A stretch of 64,000 bases of DNA from an uncultured Lentisphaeraceae bacterium (GTDB taxonomy: Bacteria; Verrucomicrobiota; Kiritimatiellia; RFP12; DVOR01): the NCBI GenBank assembly GCA_937892925.1, contig CALBHX010000116.1:35748-99747 (forward strand). Direction: 5' to 3'. Of the stretch, positions 1 to 8,878 are shown in pieces (the first letter of the stretch is position 1; every line of letters begins with the position of its first letter). Below the pieces are notes generated by a model, which was not told where the DNA came from, searched no databases, and saw only the letters and a list, made by a program, of their open reading frames with translations. The position numbers and the translations under genes are program-made.

Positions 1-1
1 C

Positions 2-583
2 GACCGCCCGATTCTTGTGATCTCTACCGAGATTATGAGCCGGACAATCAACTGGTCGGATCGCAATACCTGCTGTCTTTTTGGGGACGGTGCGGGTGCG
101 GTGGTGCTGAAGAACTCCGAAGTCCCCGGCGGGTTGGGTTTTCATCTGATCGGAGCGGATGGTACCGGCGCCATGGCTATCCATCGCGAAGGCGGCGTGC
201 GGACGGAAGAGACGGCTCGGCAGGCGCCTGGTGATTTGAAGATGGATGGGCGTGCCGTATTTAACTTCGCGGTTCGCAGTTTCTGCGATATCATTGCCAA
301 AAGTTTGGAACACTATCACTACACCGAGAAAGATATTGCGTGGATTGTGCCGCACCAAGCCAATACGCGAATTATCGATGCTGCCGTCAAGCGCATTAAC
401 GTTCCCGTTGAAAAGTTTTATGTAAACATCGACCGTTTTGCCAACACGTCCAGCGCCTCGATTCCAATTGCGCTTGATGAGATGGCGAAGAAGGGGATGC
501 TGCACCGCGGCGATCGCCTGATTTTTGCGGCATTCGGCGCCGGCCTTGTGTATGGCGGTGTGGTGGTTGAGTGGACGAAGTAA
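2..583 (+). CDS. fabH: 3-oxoacyl-ACP synthase III (FabH), C-terminal part; gene begins upstream of window
   Basis: Translation of ORF 17..583 shows the conserved KAS III C-terminus (GDGAGAVVL, HQAN-RI, NTSSASIPIAL, FGAGL..GG). The frame is open to the window edge. Confidence 0.85.
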   Translation, partial: DRPILVISTEIMSRTINWSDRNTCCLFGDGAGAVVLKNSEVPGGLGFHLIGADGTGAMAIHREGGVRTEETARQAPGDLKMDGRAVFNFAVRSFCDIIAKSLEHYHYTEKDIAWIVPHQANTRIIDAAVKRINVPVEKFYVNIDRFANTSSASIPIALDEMAKKGMLHRGDRLIFAAFGAGLVYGGVVVEWTK

Positions 584-606
584 CCTCGCTTAGAAAGGAT
601 TATGCC

Positions 607-1905
607 ATGGAGAAGAAGAAAGTCGTCGTCACAGGCCTCGGGTGCATCACGCCGTTGGGCAATGATGTGAAGACCTTCTGGGAGGGCATCCGTGCCGGTC
701 GTTGCGGAATCAACACCATCACGCGCTTCGATACCTCGCGCTTGAATGTGAAAGTGGCCGGGGAAGTTAAAGATTTTGACGTCTCTCAATATATTGATCC
801 CAAGGAAGCCAAGCGGTTGGCGCTCTTTGCGCAGTACGCTGTGGCCGCAGCCAAGCAGGCGTGGGTGGATGCCGGTTATGACACGCTCGGCGAGGCGACT
901 GAAGACTGCCCCAACCCTTGGCGTTGTGTAGGAAGCCAGCCTTCGTCATTGATCGCGCCTGAGCGCGTGGGGTGTATTCTTGGTGTGGGCATTGGCGGCA
1001 AGGAAGTAGATGCGCCCAGTTATAAGACCCTTTTCGAAAAGGGCCCCCGCCGTCTCAGCCCGATGACCATTCCTATGCTGATTGCGAACGAAGGCCCGGG
1101 TAATGTCTCGATTTACCTCAAGGCCAAAGGCCCCGTTCTTACGGTTTCGACTGCTTGTTCGGCCTCAACAGATGCCCTGGGGGTGGCCATGGACATGATT
1201 CGCTCCGGTCGCGCGGATGTTGTCATTGCCGGGGGCGCGGAGTCTACGATTGAGGAATATTGTGTGGGTGGTTTCCAGGCCATGCATGCGCTTTCTACTA
1301 ATCCTGATCCGATGACGGCGTGCCGCCCGTTCGATAAAGACCGTAATGGGTTCATCATGTCCGAAGGTGCGGCGGTGCTGATCCTTGAAAGTGAAGCGCA
1401 CGCAAAGGCGCGCGGCGCCAAAATTTATGGCGAAGTGGCTGGGTATGGCGCCGGCGGTGATGCGTATCATGTATGCGCTCCAGATCCGGAGGCGTCCGGC
1501 ATTATCCACGCGGAGAAGATGGCGCTTGCCGATGCCGGGCTTCAACCTTCCGATATCCAGTATATCAACGCGCATGGTACGTCCACGGGATTGAACGACC
1601 CGATGGAGACTCGTGCGGCGAAAGTGGTCTTCGGTGAGCACGCTTACAAGCTGAAAATGAGCTCTACCAAGTCGATGACCGGCCATTTGCTCGGGGCAAC
1701 CGGAGCATTGGAGGCCATGACCTGCCTGTTGGCAATCCGTGATAATTTCTATCCGCCGACGATCAACTACCACACCCCAGATCCGGAGTGCGATCTGGAT
1801 TGTGTTCCGAACAAGGGGATTGAGGCACCGTTGGATATCGCAATGACCAATACGCTTGGCTTCGGCGGGCACAACTCTTCCCTCATTCTCCGGCGCTACG
1901 CCTGA
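607..1905 (+). CDS. fabF: 3-oxoacyl-ACP synthase II (FabF)
   Basis: 433 aa from the ATG at 607 (MEKKKVVVTGLGCITPLGN). KAS II family with active-site Cys in TACSAS, HGTST and GHLLGA motifs. The ORF-track start at 571 overlaps fabH and is an upstream extension. Confidence 0.9.
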   Translation: MEKKKVVVTGLGCITPLGNDVKTFWEGIRAGRCGINTITRFDTSRLNVKVAGEVKDFDVSQYIDPKEAKRLALFAQYAVAAAKQAWVDAGYDTLGEATEDCPNPWRCVGSQPSSLIAPERVGCILGVGIGGKEVDAPSYKTLFEKGPRRLSPMTIPMLIANEGPGNVSIYLKAKGPVLTVSTACSASTDALGVAMDMIRSGRADVVIAGGAESTIEEYCVGGFQAMHALSTNPDPMTACRPFDKDRNGFIMSEGAAVLILESEAHAKARGAKIYGEVAGYGAGGDAYHVCAPDPEASGIIHAEKMALADAGLQPSDIQYINAHGTSTGLNDPMETRAAKVVFGEHAYKLKMSSTKSMTGHLLGATGALEAMTCLLAIRDNFYPPTINYHTPDPECDLDCVPNKGIEAPLDIAMTNTLGFGGHNSSLILRRYA

Positions 1906-1989
1906 GGATTGCGCGGCCTTGCGGCCGGAGTTTCTTCGGCCGCAAGCTTACCCCCCACCGCCCAGAGCCATATCACGGAGTGTTCCACC

Positions 1990-2463
1990 ATGTACGACCA
2001 GGAAATCATTAAAACCGTTCTCCCCCATCGGGATCCGTTCCTTTTCTGCGATCGCATTTTAGAGGCCACGCCCGAGCGTGTGGTGGCAGAGGTCGATTAT
2101 GGCGCGGAGCGTTACTTTTTCAAGGGGCACTTCCCTCAATATCCCGTGTGTCCCGGAGTCATTCTGGTGGAGTCCATGGCGCAGTGTGGAGGTGCCGGGT
2201 ATCGCCTGGCCTCCGCCGATGAGGAGAAGAAGCTGTTCCTCTTTGCCAAGTTGTTGGAGGTGCGGTTTGTCAATCAGGTGCGCCCCGGTGATACGGTGCG
2301 TTATGAGATTGAAACGGTGAAGGCTACGGGGCGCCGGTTGGAGCAGAAGGGGAAGGGCTACGTGGTTGGGAAAAACGACAAGCGTGGCAATCCGCTTGTG
2401 GCGGTTGAAGCACAGTGGTTTTGCCTGGTGGTGCCGGAGGGGGCCTTGACAGAGCAGGCATAA
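1990..2463 (+). CDS. fabZ: 3-hydroxyacyl-ACP dehydratase, FabZ/FabA-like hotdog fold
   Basis: ATG at 1990 (MYDQEII). The PFLFCDRIL and HFPQYPVCPGVILVESMAQ motifs are typical of FabZ. The 5' part of ORF 1909.. is discarded as it lacks homology. Confidence 0.75.
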   Translation: MYDQEIIKTVLPHRDPFLFCDRILEATPERVVAEVDYGAERYFFKGHFPQYPVCPGVILVESMAQCGGAGYRLASADEEKKLFLFAKLLEVRFVNQVRPGDTVRYEIETVKATGRRLEQKGKGYVVGKNDKRGNPLVAVEAQWFCLVVPEGALTEQA

Positions 2464-2510
2464 GTCGAAAGACTCAAAAGTTTTTATAATTCTCGGAAGG
2501 AACATTTCTC

Positions 2511-3656
2511 ATGTCCGAAAAACCGAAAGTTCGTGGAGGCCTTTGCCTGAATGTGGATGGCGAGGGATGCAAGCAGTTTGTCGCCCGCGATATCGCACGT
2601 GAAAAGGCAAAAGCTCCGGTTCAAAATGGCCCCAAAAGCGTCTTGGTGCTTGGGTGCTCGGGAGGTTATGGCCTGGCTTCGCGCATTGCAGCGGCCTTCG
2701 GCGGCTCGCGTGCCGAGACGCTTGGGGTTTCATTCGAACGTGCCCCAACAGAGCGAAAGGCCGGTTCTCCGGGATGGTATAATAACGAGGCATTTGATGC
2801 AGCGGCGAAGGCGGATGGCCTCAAAGCCGTCACCATTTCCGCCGATGCGTTTGCTGATGCAACGCGTGAGACCGTGGCTCAGCTGGCCAAGGATAATAAC
2901 TTTGCGCCGTTCGATCTGGTCGTTTATTCGCTCGCATCGCCTATGCGTACCGATCCGAAGACCGGCATCCTTTACAAGAGTGCGATTAAGCCTATCGGTA
3001 AGCCCCACACAGCGCGAACGCTGGATATTATGACCTGCGAGATGAAGGAAGTCTCGGTTGAACCAGCTACGGAAGACGAGATCGCGGCAACGGTTAAGGT
3101 TATGGGCGGAGAAGACTGGGTGCTGTGGATAGAGTTCCTGAAGGCACACGGGTTATTAGCTCAGGGTTGTAAAACGGTGGCTTATTCCTATATCGGCCCC
3201 AAATGCACGCAGGATATCTACCGCTCTGGTACGCTCGGCCGTGCCAAGGAAAACCTGGAAGCTTCTGCCAAAGCGATTTCAGAATTGTTGGCTCCGCTTC
3301 ATGGTTTGGGCGTGGTGAGCGTGAATAAGGCGCTTGTTACTCGTGCTTCTGCCGTGATTCCGGCCATGCCGCCTTACATCGCCTGCCTTTTCAAGGTGAT
3401 GAAGGCACACGGGCTCCATGAGGATTGTTTGGATCAGATTGATCGGCTTTTCCGTGAGCGGCTCTACACGCCTGACGGCTCGATGCCGGTAGATGAGGCT
3501 GGGCGCATTCGGATTGACGATTGGGAAATGCGCCCGGAGATCCAGTCTGAGGTGGATGCTTTGATGCAGGCGCTCACGCCAGAGAATGTGGAAGCCACTA
3601 CGGATATCGCAGGGTACCGAACAGACTTCCTGGCGCTTCATGGGTTTGTTGGATAA
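2511..3656 (+). CDS. fabV: trans-2-enoyl-ACP/CoA reductase FabV (Ter family)
   Basis: 381 aa. The N-terminal GCSGGYGLASRIAAAFG dinucleotide fold and the KTVAYSYIGP and TRASAVIPAMP blocks match the FabV/Ter family. Confidence 0.85.
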   Translation: MSEKPKVRGGLCLNVDGEGCKQFVARDIAREKAKAPVQNGPKSVLVLGCSGGYGLASRIAAAFGGSRAETLGVSFERAPTERKAGSPGWYNNEAFDAAAKADGLKAVTISADAFADATRETVAQLAKDNNFAPFDLVVYSLASPMRTDPKTGILYKSAIKPIGKPHTARTLDIMTCEMKEVSVEPATEDEIAATVKVMGGEDWVLWIEFLKAHGLLAQGCKTVAYSYIGPKCTQDIYRSGTLGRAKENLEASAKAISELLAPLHGLGVVSVNKALVTRASAVIPAMPPYIACLFKVMKAHGLHEDCLDQIDRLFRERLYTPDGSMPVDEAGRIRIDDWEMRPEIQSEVDALMQALTPENVEATTDIAGYRTDFLALHGFVG

Positions 3657-3682
3657 TACTGGCTGGGTCTGCCAAGTGAAAA

Positions 3683-3711
3683 CCGGGGCGCGGAATCGCC
3701 CCGGTTTTTGT
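3683..3711 (+). terminator. Rho-independent terminator after fabV
   Basis: Perfect 8-bp stem CCGGGGCG/CGCCCCGG with a 6-nt loop, followed by TTTTT. Confidence 0.8.
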
Positions 3712-3869
3712 TATCTCTGGATCCAAAAGATTGGTTTTGGGCGACTCCGTTTCCGGAGTGGGGGCAGGCGTTTATACCCCTGTTGCGGACGGTGCTCTCA
3801 CGCGGAGGAGCGGGGCGTTTGTGGTATACTAGAGCCTGTTGTTGAGCATGTTGCTGAAAGGAACGATTT

Positions 3870-5069
3870 ATGCGCGTATTGATGATTGGCGCCGGCGGTG
3901 TGGGCAGTGTGGTGGCTCATAAGCTGGATCAGGTACCGGAAGTATTTACGGATATTCTTCTGGCTTCGCGGACGAAGGCGCGGGTAGATGCGCTTGCGGC
4001 GGAGTTGACGCGGCCGGTAAGAACGGCACAGGTGGATGCGGATGATGTGCCTGCGTTGGTCGCGCTGATTCGTTCGTTTAAACCGGATCTGGTGATGAAT
4101 ATTGCGCTGCCGTATCAGGATTTGCACATTATGGAAGCCTGTTTGGAGGCGGGATGCGATTATTTGGATACGGCGAATTATGAGCCGTTGGATACGGCGA
4201 AGTTTGAGTATAAGTGGCAGTGGGCGTATCAGGAACGATTTAAGGCTGCCGGGCGAATGGCACTTTTGGGCTCAGGATTTGACCCTGGGGTAAGTTCCGT
4301 TTTCTGCACATATATCCAAAAGCATTATATTCCGCAAATCCGCCAGATTGACATTATTGACTGCAATGCAGGCAGTAACGGCCACCCGTTTGCGACGAAC
4401 TTTAATCCGGAGATCAATATCCGTGAAGTGTCAGCGAAGGGTCGTTATTGGGAACAGGGCAAGGGCTTTGTAGAGACGGATCCGCTCTCAGTGAAGCAGG
4501 CTTTTGAAATGCCTGAGGGATTGGGAACATTGAACACATATTTGATGTATCATGAAGAGTTGGAATCGCTGGCTAGGTTTATCCCTGGACTGGAGCGGGC
4601 ACGCTTCTGGATGAGTTTCTCAGATAACTATCTGAAGCATCTGGAAGTGTTGAAGAACGTGGGTATGACGCGGATTGACCCGGTGATGTATCAGGGGCGC
4701 GAGATTGTCCCGATTCAGTTTTTGAAGGCGCTGCTGCCAGATCCGGCCACCTTGGGGCCGGTTACAAAGGGCAAGACTTGTATTGGGTGCCAGGTGCGCG
4801 GGTTGGATTTTGAAGGTAAGCCTAAAACGGTTTACGTTTACAATATTTGCGATCATCAGGCGTGTTATCGTGAAGTGAAGTCGCAGGCGATCAGTTACAC
4901 CACCGGTGTGCCGGCGATGATTGGCGCTAAAATGATGCTCACAGGCAAATGGCGTGGGGCGGGCGTTTTTAACATGGAACAGTTTGATCCGGATCCGTTT
5001 ATGGAAGATCTGAATCGTTATGGTTTGCCGTGGAAGGTGATCGAAGGCGAAGTCTTTCATCGCGCGTAA
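3870..5069 (+). CDS. carboxynorspermidine/carboxyspermidine dehydrogenase (saccharopine dehydrogenase family)
   Basis: MRVLMIGAGGVGSVVAHKL ... ILLASRT N-terminus, the 399-aa length, and the family architecture. Confidence 0.75.
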   Translation: MRVLMIGAGGVGSVVAHKLDQVPEVFTDILLASRTKARVDALAAELTRPVRTAQVDADDVPALVALIRSFKPDLVMNIALPYQDLHIMEACLEAGCDYLDTANYEPLDTAKFEYKWQWAYQERFKAAGRMALLGSGFDPGVSSVFCTYIQKHYIPQIRQIDIIDCNAGSNGHPFATNFNPEINIREVSAKGRYWEQGKGFVETDPLSVKQAFEMPEGLGTLNTYLMYHEELESLARFIPGLERARFWMSFSDNYLKHLEVLKNVGMTRIDPVMYQGREIVPIQFLKALLPDPATLGPVTKGKTCIGCQVRGLDFEGKPKTVYVYNICDHQACYREVKSQAISYTTGVPAMIGAKMMLTGKWRGAGVFNMEQFDPDPFMEDLNRYGLPWKVIEGEVFHRA

Positions 5070-5096
5070 GATGCAGGTGTAAGCAGGAGTACATGA

Positions 5097-6302
5097 ATGG
5101 CTGAGCTAAGCGAGGGCATTGAACAGACCTTGGAGGCCGCGAAGACGGCCTCCAAGGTGGTGGCATTGCTCCCTGATGCAGCCCGCAGGCAGTTGTTGCG
5201 CCAAATGGCATCGGCACTGCGTGGTGCCACTGAGCAGCTGTTGGCGGCGAATGCGGGGGATGTGGCAGCGCTTCCGGAAGCGGATCCTCGGCGCGATCGC
5301 TTGTTCCTGACGCCCGAGCGGATTGAGGCGATTGCTGCTTCGGCTGAAGTGGTGGCCGCTTTGCCGGATGTGCTTTGGGAAACATTGGAGGCGCGGACTA
5401 TGCCCAGTGGTATCCGGTTGCGGCGGGTGCGCGTGCCGTTGGGGGTGGTGGCTTGTATTTATGAGGCGCGTCCAAACGTGACGGCGGATATTGCAGGGCT
5501 TTGTTTGCGAACGGGAAATGCGGCAGTGCTGAAAGGGGGTAAAGAGGCTGCGCGAAGCAATGCGGCTATAGCGGATGTTATTACCGGTGTGCTGCGGGCG
5601 GAAGGGCTTCCAGAGGCGGCGGTTACGCTGTTGCCTTCCACACATGAGGCTTCGCAGGCATTGATGATGGCCGAGGGGCTTGTAGATGTATTGATCCCTC
5701 GCGGCAGTGCTCGGCTTATTCGAGCTGTTCGGGAACAGGCACGGGTCCCGGTGATTGAGACGGGTGCGGGGGTCTGTCATACTTACGTTCATGAAGATGC
5801 AGAGATCGCGTTGGCGGCGCGGGTCATTGCAAATGCGAAGATGCGCCGGGTTTCGGTGTGTAATGCTTTGGACTGTGTGCTGGTGCATCGGGCGTTGGAG
5901 CCTCAGCTTGAGGCGCTATTGGCTCCGTGCCGTGCGGCGGGTGCACAGGTTCACACCGCGCCGGAAGACTGGGGGCGTGAATGGCTTTCACCTAATCTTT
6001 CCGTGCGGGTGGTCGATTCATTGGATGCGGCACTTGCGCATATTGCCCGGTTTGGTTCGGGGCATAGTGAGGCGATTCTCACGCAGAGCCCCGAGGTGGC
6101 TGCCCGGTTCCAGCGCGAGGTGGATGCCGCGTGTGTCTATGTGAATACGTCTACGGCTTTCACCGATGGCGGAGAGTTTGGGCTCGGGGCAGAGGTAGGC
6201 ATTTCCACGCAGAAGCTGCATGCCCGCGGGCCGATGGGGCTTATGGCGTTGACCACGTACAAGTGGTTAATTGAGAGCCATGGAGCTATTCGTTCCCGCT
6301 GA
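5097..6302 (+). CDS. proA: glutamate-5-semialdehyde dehydrogenase (gamma-glutamyl phosphate reductase)
   Basis: 401 aa. ALDH-like fold with catalytic Cys in VSVCNALDCVLVH and a conserved IETGAGVCHTYV block. Confidence 0.9.
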   Translation: MAELSEGIEQTLEAAKTASKVVALLPDAARRQLLRQMASALRGATEQLLAANAGDVAALPEADPRRDRLFLTPERIEAIAASAEVVAALPDVLWETLEARTMPSGIRLRRVRVPLGVVACIYEARPNVTADIAGLCLRTGNAAVLKGGKEAARSNAAIADVITGVLRAEGLPEAAVTLLPSTHEASQALMMAEGLVDVLIPRGSARLIRAVREQARVPVIETGAGVCHTYVHEDAEIALAARVIANAKMRRVSVCNALDCVLVHRALEPQLEALLAPCRAAGAQVHTAPEDWGREWLSPNLSVRVVDSLDAALAHIARFGSGHSEAILTQSPEVAARFQREVDAACVYVNTSTAFTDGGEFGLGAEVGISTQKLHARGPMGLMALTTYKWLIESHGAIRSR

Positions 6303-6311
6303 GAAAACCGC

Positions 6312-6935
6312 ATGGCTGAAAAGGAAGACAAGGCAGCGCTTCGAAAGGCGTATCTGGTGCGCCGGGCGGCTATATCTCGGGCGGATCGTGCGCGGGCAGC
6401 ACAAATGGCCGCCTCCATTTTGTTTGATGTGCGGGCATTAAATCTGTTGCCGCGGTTCTACACGTTTGCCGCGTATCTCAGTGTGGGGGCGGAGTTCCCA
6501 ACAGAGGCGGTGCTGCAGGCATTGTTTCAGGCACAGGCGGCGGTTTGTGTGCCGCGTTTTTCAGATGTGCAGAGGGGGTATGCATGGGCGTCTTTGGCGC
6601 CTGGTGTACCCATGCGGCAGGGGCCGCACCGAATTCCGGAGCCAGAGACTTCTGAACGCTTCCCGGCAGGGTATGTGGATGCGGTGTTGGTGCCTGGGGT
6701 GGCGTTTGATATCTGTGGCGGGCGGTTGGGTTATGGCGCTGGGATTTATGACCGTTTGCTTGCCGGGCTTCGGCAGAATTCGCTGCGGGTGGGGATGGCG
6801 TTCGATTGTCAGGTGCGTCGCGAGCCGCTCCCGCAGGAATTACATGACGAGCAGATGGATTATTTGGTTACGGAAACGCAGTGGATTGACTGCCGGTTGG
6901 CGCGGTCGCTGAAGAGGAGGCGGGGGCATGGCTGA
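6312..6935 (+). CDS. 5-formyltetrahydrofolate cyclo-ligase family protein
   Basis: 207 aa with a C-terminal VPGVAFDICGGRLGYGAGIYDRLL block typical of MTHFS. Confidence 0.7.
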   Translation: MAEKEDKAALRKAYLVRRAAISRADRARAAQMAASILFDVRALNLLPRFYTFAAYLSVGAEFPTEAVLQALFQAQAAVCVPRFSDVQRGYAWASLAPGVPMRQGPHRIPEPETSERFPAGYVDAVLVPGVAFDICGGRLGYGAGIYDRLLAGLRQNSLRVGMAFDCQVRREPLPQELHDEQMDYLVTETQWIDCRLARSLKRRRGHG

Positions 6936-8061
6936 GGTTGCGGTGGTAGGAGCCGGCCATGCCGGCGTGGAGGCAGCGTTTGTTTTGGCTCATGCCGGCC
7001 ATGCCGTAACGATATGGAGTGATGAGCCGGATGCGCCCTATTTTCGCCCGCGAGTGATCGCCGTAGCGTTCGGGCAGGTAGAGCCGGCGGCGATTGCGAT
7101 GAAGCCGGAAGGGGCTTATGCGGCGGCAGGTATTCGGGTGAGGCACGAGGTTGTAACGGCTGTTGATGTGGCGGCGCGGCGTGTGAACGGGGAGGTTTAT
7201 GACGGCGTGATTCTGGCGATGGGGGCGCATCCGTTCAAACCGGCATTTTCTGGCGCATATGCAGATCGTGTGCGGACGCTGTGGTCGTTACAGGATGCAC
7301 GCGTATTGCGTTCGCTCTTTTCTGCGGGGAAGCGGCTGACGGTGATCGGCGGGGGCGTATTGGGGCTGGAGGCTGCGCTTCGTGCGGTACAGGCCGGGGC
7401 GGTTAGGGGCGGCTGCGTTCAGGTGACGGTGTTGGAAGTTTCTGGGCAGTTGGCGGGTGGCACGTTGGGAGCCGCGGGGAGTGCGTATTTACAGCGGTTA
7501 CTGGAGGCACAGGGACTTCGCGTGATTCTTGAGGCGCGAATTGCGGAGGTGCTTTCGGGAGGGATCCGGCTGGAAAGTGGTGCGTGGGTGGAGGATGATG
7601 TGGTGTTGTGTGCCGCAGGGTCTCGCCCCAACGAGGCGTTGATGGCGGCAGTCGGGCTGTCCGTGGAGCAGGGGGTGCGGGTGCGTCCGAATTTGTTGGT
7701 GGCGCCGCGGGTTTATGCGGTTGGCGATGTGGCGCGGGCAACGGTTGCGCGTCCGGTTTGCTCCGTGCGTCGGGCGATGGGGATGGGGGTGTTGGCGGCG
7801 GAAAACCTAGTACGGGAACTGGCCGGTTCGGCGGAACTGACGGTTTGGCAAGAGAGACAATTCCAACAAATGATGAAAGTGGGTGAAGTAGAGTTTCATA
7901 CGGTGGGTGACGTGCTGACGCCGGGATTGGAGGAACGGCGGTTGGATGAAGCGGATAAGACGTTCCGGCAAGTACGGTTTCGGGCGGGGAGGCCGGTTGG
8001 TGCACGCTTCATTGGAACGCGTGAAGGGTTTGCGGAATGGGAGCGTAAAATTGTTGGATAA
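6928..8061 (+). CDS. FAD/NAD(P)-dependent pyridine nucleotide-disulfide oxidoreductase (rubredoxin-reductase/NirB-like)
   Basis: N-terminal VAVVGAGHAGVEAA FAD fold and a second TVIGGGVLGLEAA NAD fold. It overlaps the upstream gene by 8 nt. Confidence 0.7.
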   Translation: MAEVAVVGAGHAGVEAAFVLAHAGHAVTIWSDEPDAPYFRPRVIAVAFGQVEPAAIAMKPEGAYAAAGIRVRHEVVTAVDVAARRVNGEVYDGVILAMGAHPFKPAFSGAYADRVRTLWSLQDARVLRSLFSAGKRLTVIGGGVLGLEAALRAVQAGAVRGGCVQVTVLEVSGQLAGGTLGAAGSAYLQRLLEAQGLRVILEARIAEVLSGGIRLESGAWVEDDVVLCAAGSRPNEALMAAVGLSVEQGVRVRPNLLVAPRVYAVGDVARATVARPVCSVRRAMGMGVLAAENLVRELAGSAELTVWQERQFQQMMKVGEVEFHTVGDVLTPGLEERRLDEADKTFRQVRFRAGRPVGARFIGTREGFAEWERKIVG

Positions 8062-8857
8062 AGTGAATACGGGGGCGTTTACGCTTCGGATTCTGGGTTC
8101 AGGAACATCGGTTGGGGTGCCGTTGATTGGATGTTCGTGTGCTGTGTGTACGAGCACCGACAAGCATGATGCGCGGTTGCGTGCGGCAGCCTATGTGTCG
8201 CTTGGAGGATTGGGGCTGCTGTTGGATGCCGGGCCGGATTTGCGCCAGCAGTGCTTACGCTGGAAGGTGCCTCGGGTGGATGCGGTGTTTATCACGCATT
8301 TGCATGCGGATCATATCTTTGGGTTTGATGATGTCCGCCGCTATAATACGCTTCAGGGGAATCAGGTGATTCCCTGTTTTGGCGGCTCGGAGACGATCTC
8401 CGGGATGCACCGTGTGTTTCCCTATATTTCCGAGAATCCAAATCCACAGGGGTTATATCGGCCGCTGATTGCATTTATACCGAAGTCTAAGCCGTTTGAA
8501 GCATTGGGGGCGTGGTTGACGCCGCTTCCGGTGGAGCATGGAAATGTGGAAACATTTGGACTTCGGATAGATTATGCCGGGCGGTCGTTGGCCTATATTC
8601 CCGATGTCCATAAAATTCCGGCATCCACATTGGCACTGCTCAAGGGATTGGATGTGTTGGTTTTGAACTGTCTGCGCGATCGGCCACATCCCACGCATTT
8701 GACGCGCCAGGCTGCGTTGGATTATGCCGCCGTCATTGCCGCGCGGGAAACGTTGCTGACCCATCTTTCACATGATATCCTGCATCAGGAGCTGGAGGCC
8801 GCCTTGCCACCTAGCGTCCATGTTGCGTATGACGGGCTTTTCCGGGTTTTGGTCTGA
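8054..8857 (+). CDS. MBL-fold metallo-hydrolase, PqqB/PhnP-like
   Basis: ILGSGTSVGVPLIGCSCAVC N-terminus and the HLHADH metal motif. The start is probably an alternative codon (TTG 8054 or GTG 8063) just upstream of or overlapping the preceding stop at 8059-8061. The ORF-track 5' extension from 7946 is discarded. Confidence 0.65.
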   Translation: MDKVNTGAFTLRILGSGTSVGVPLIGCSCAVCTSTDKHDARLRAAAYVSLGGLGLLLDAGPDLRQQCLRWKVPRVDAVFITHLHADHIFGFDDVRRYNTLQGNQVIPCFGGSETISGMHRVFPYISENPNPQGLYRPLIAFIPKSKPFEALGAWLTPLPVEHGNVETFGLRIDYAGRSLAYIPDVHKIPASTLALLKGLDVLVLNCLRDRPHPTHLTRQAALDYAAVIAARETLLTHLSHDILHQELEAALPPSVHVAYDGLFRVLV

Positions 8858-8878
8858 ACGCAAGGGGAAGGCTACGAT

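Noticed and set aside
5106-5888. 260-aa minus-strand ORF antisense to proA
   Set aside because: Arg/His/Pro-rich low-complexity translation opposite a strongly conserved proA frame. A GC-driven artefact.
7403-8005. 200-aa Pro-rich minus-strand ORF
   Set aside because: Antisense to the FAD oxidoreductase gene. Proline-rich low-complexity, no start context.
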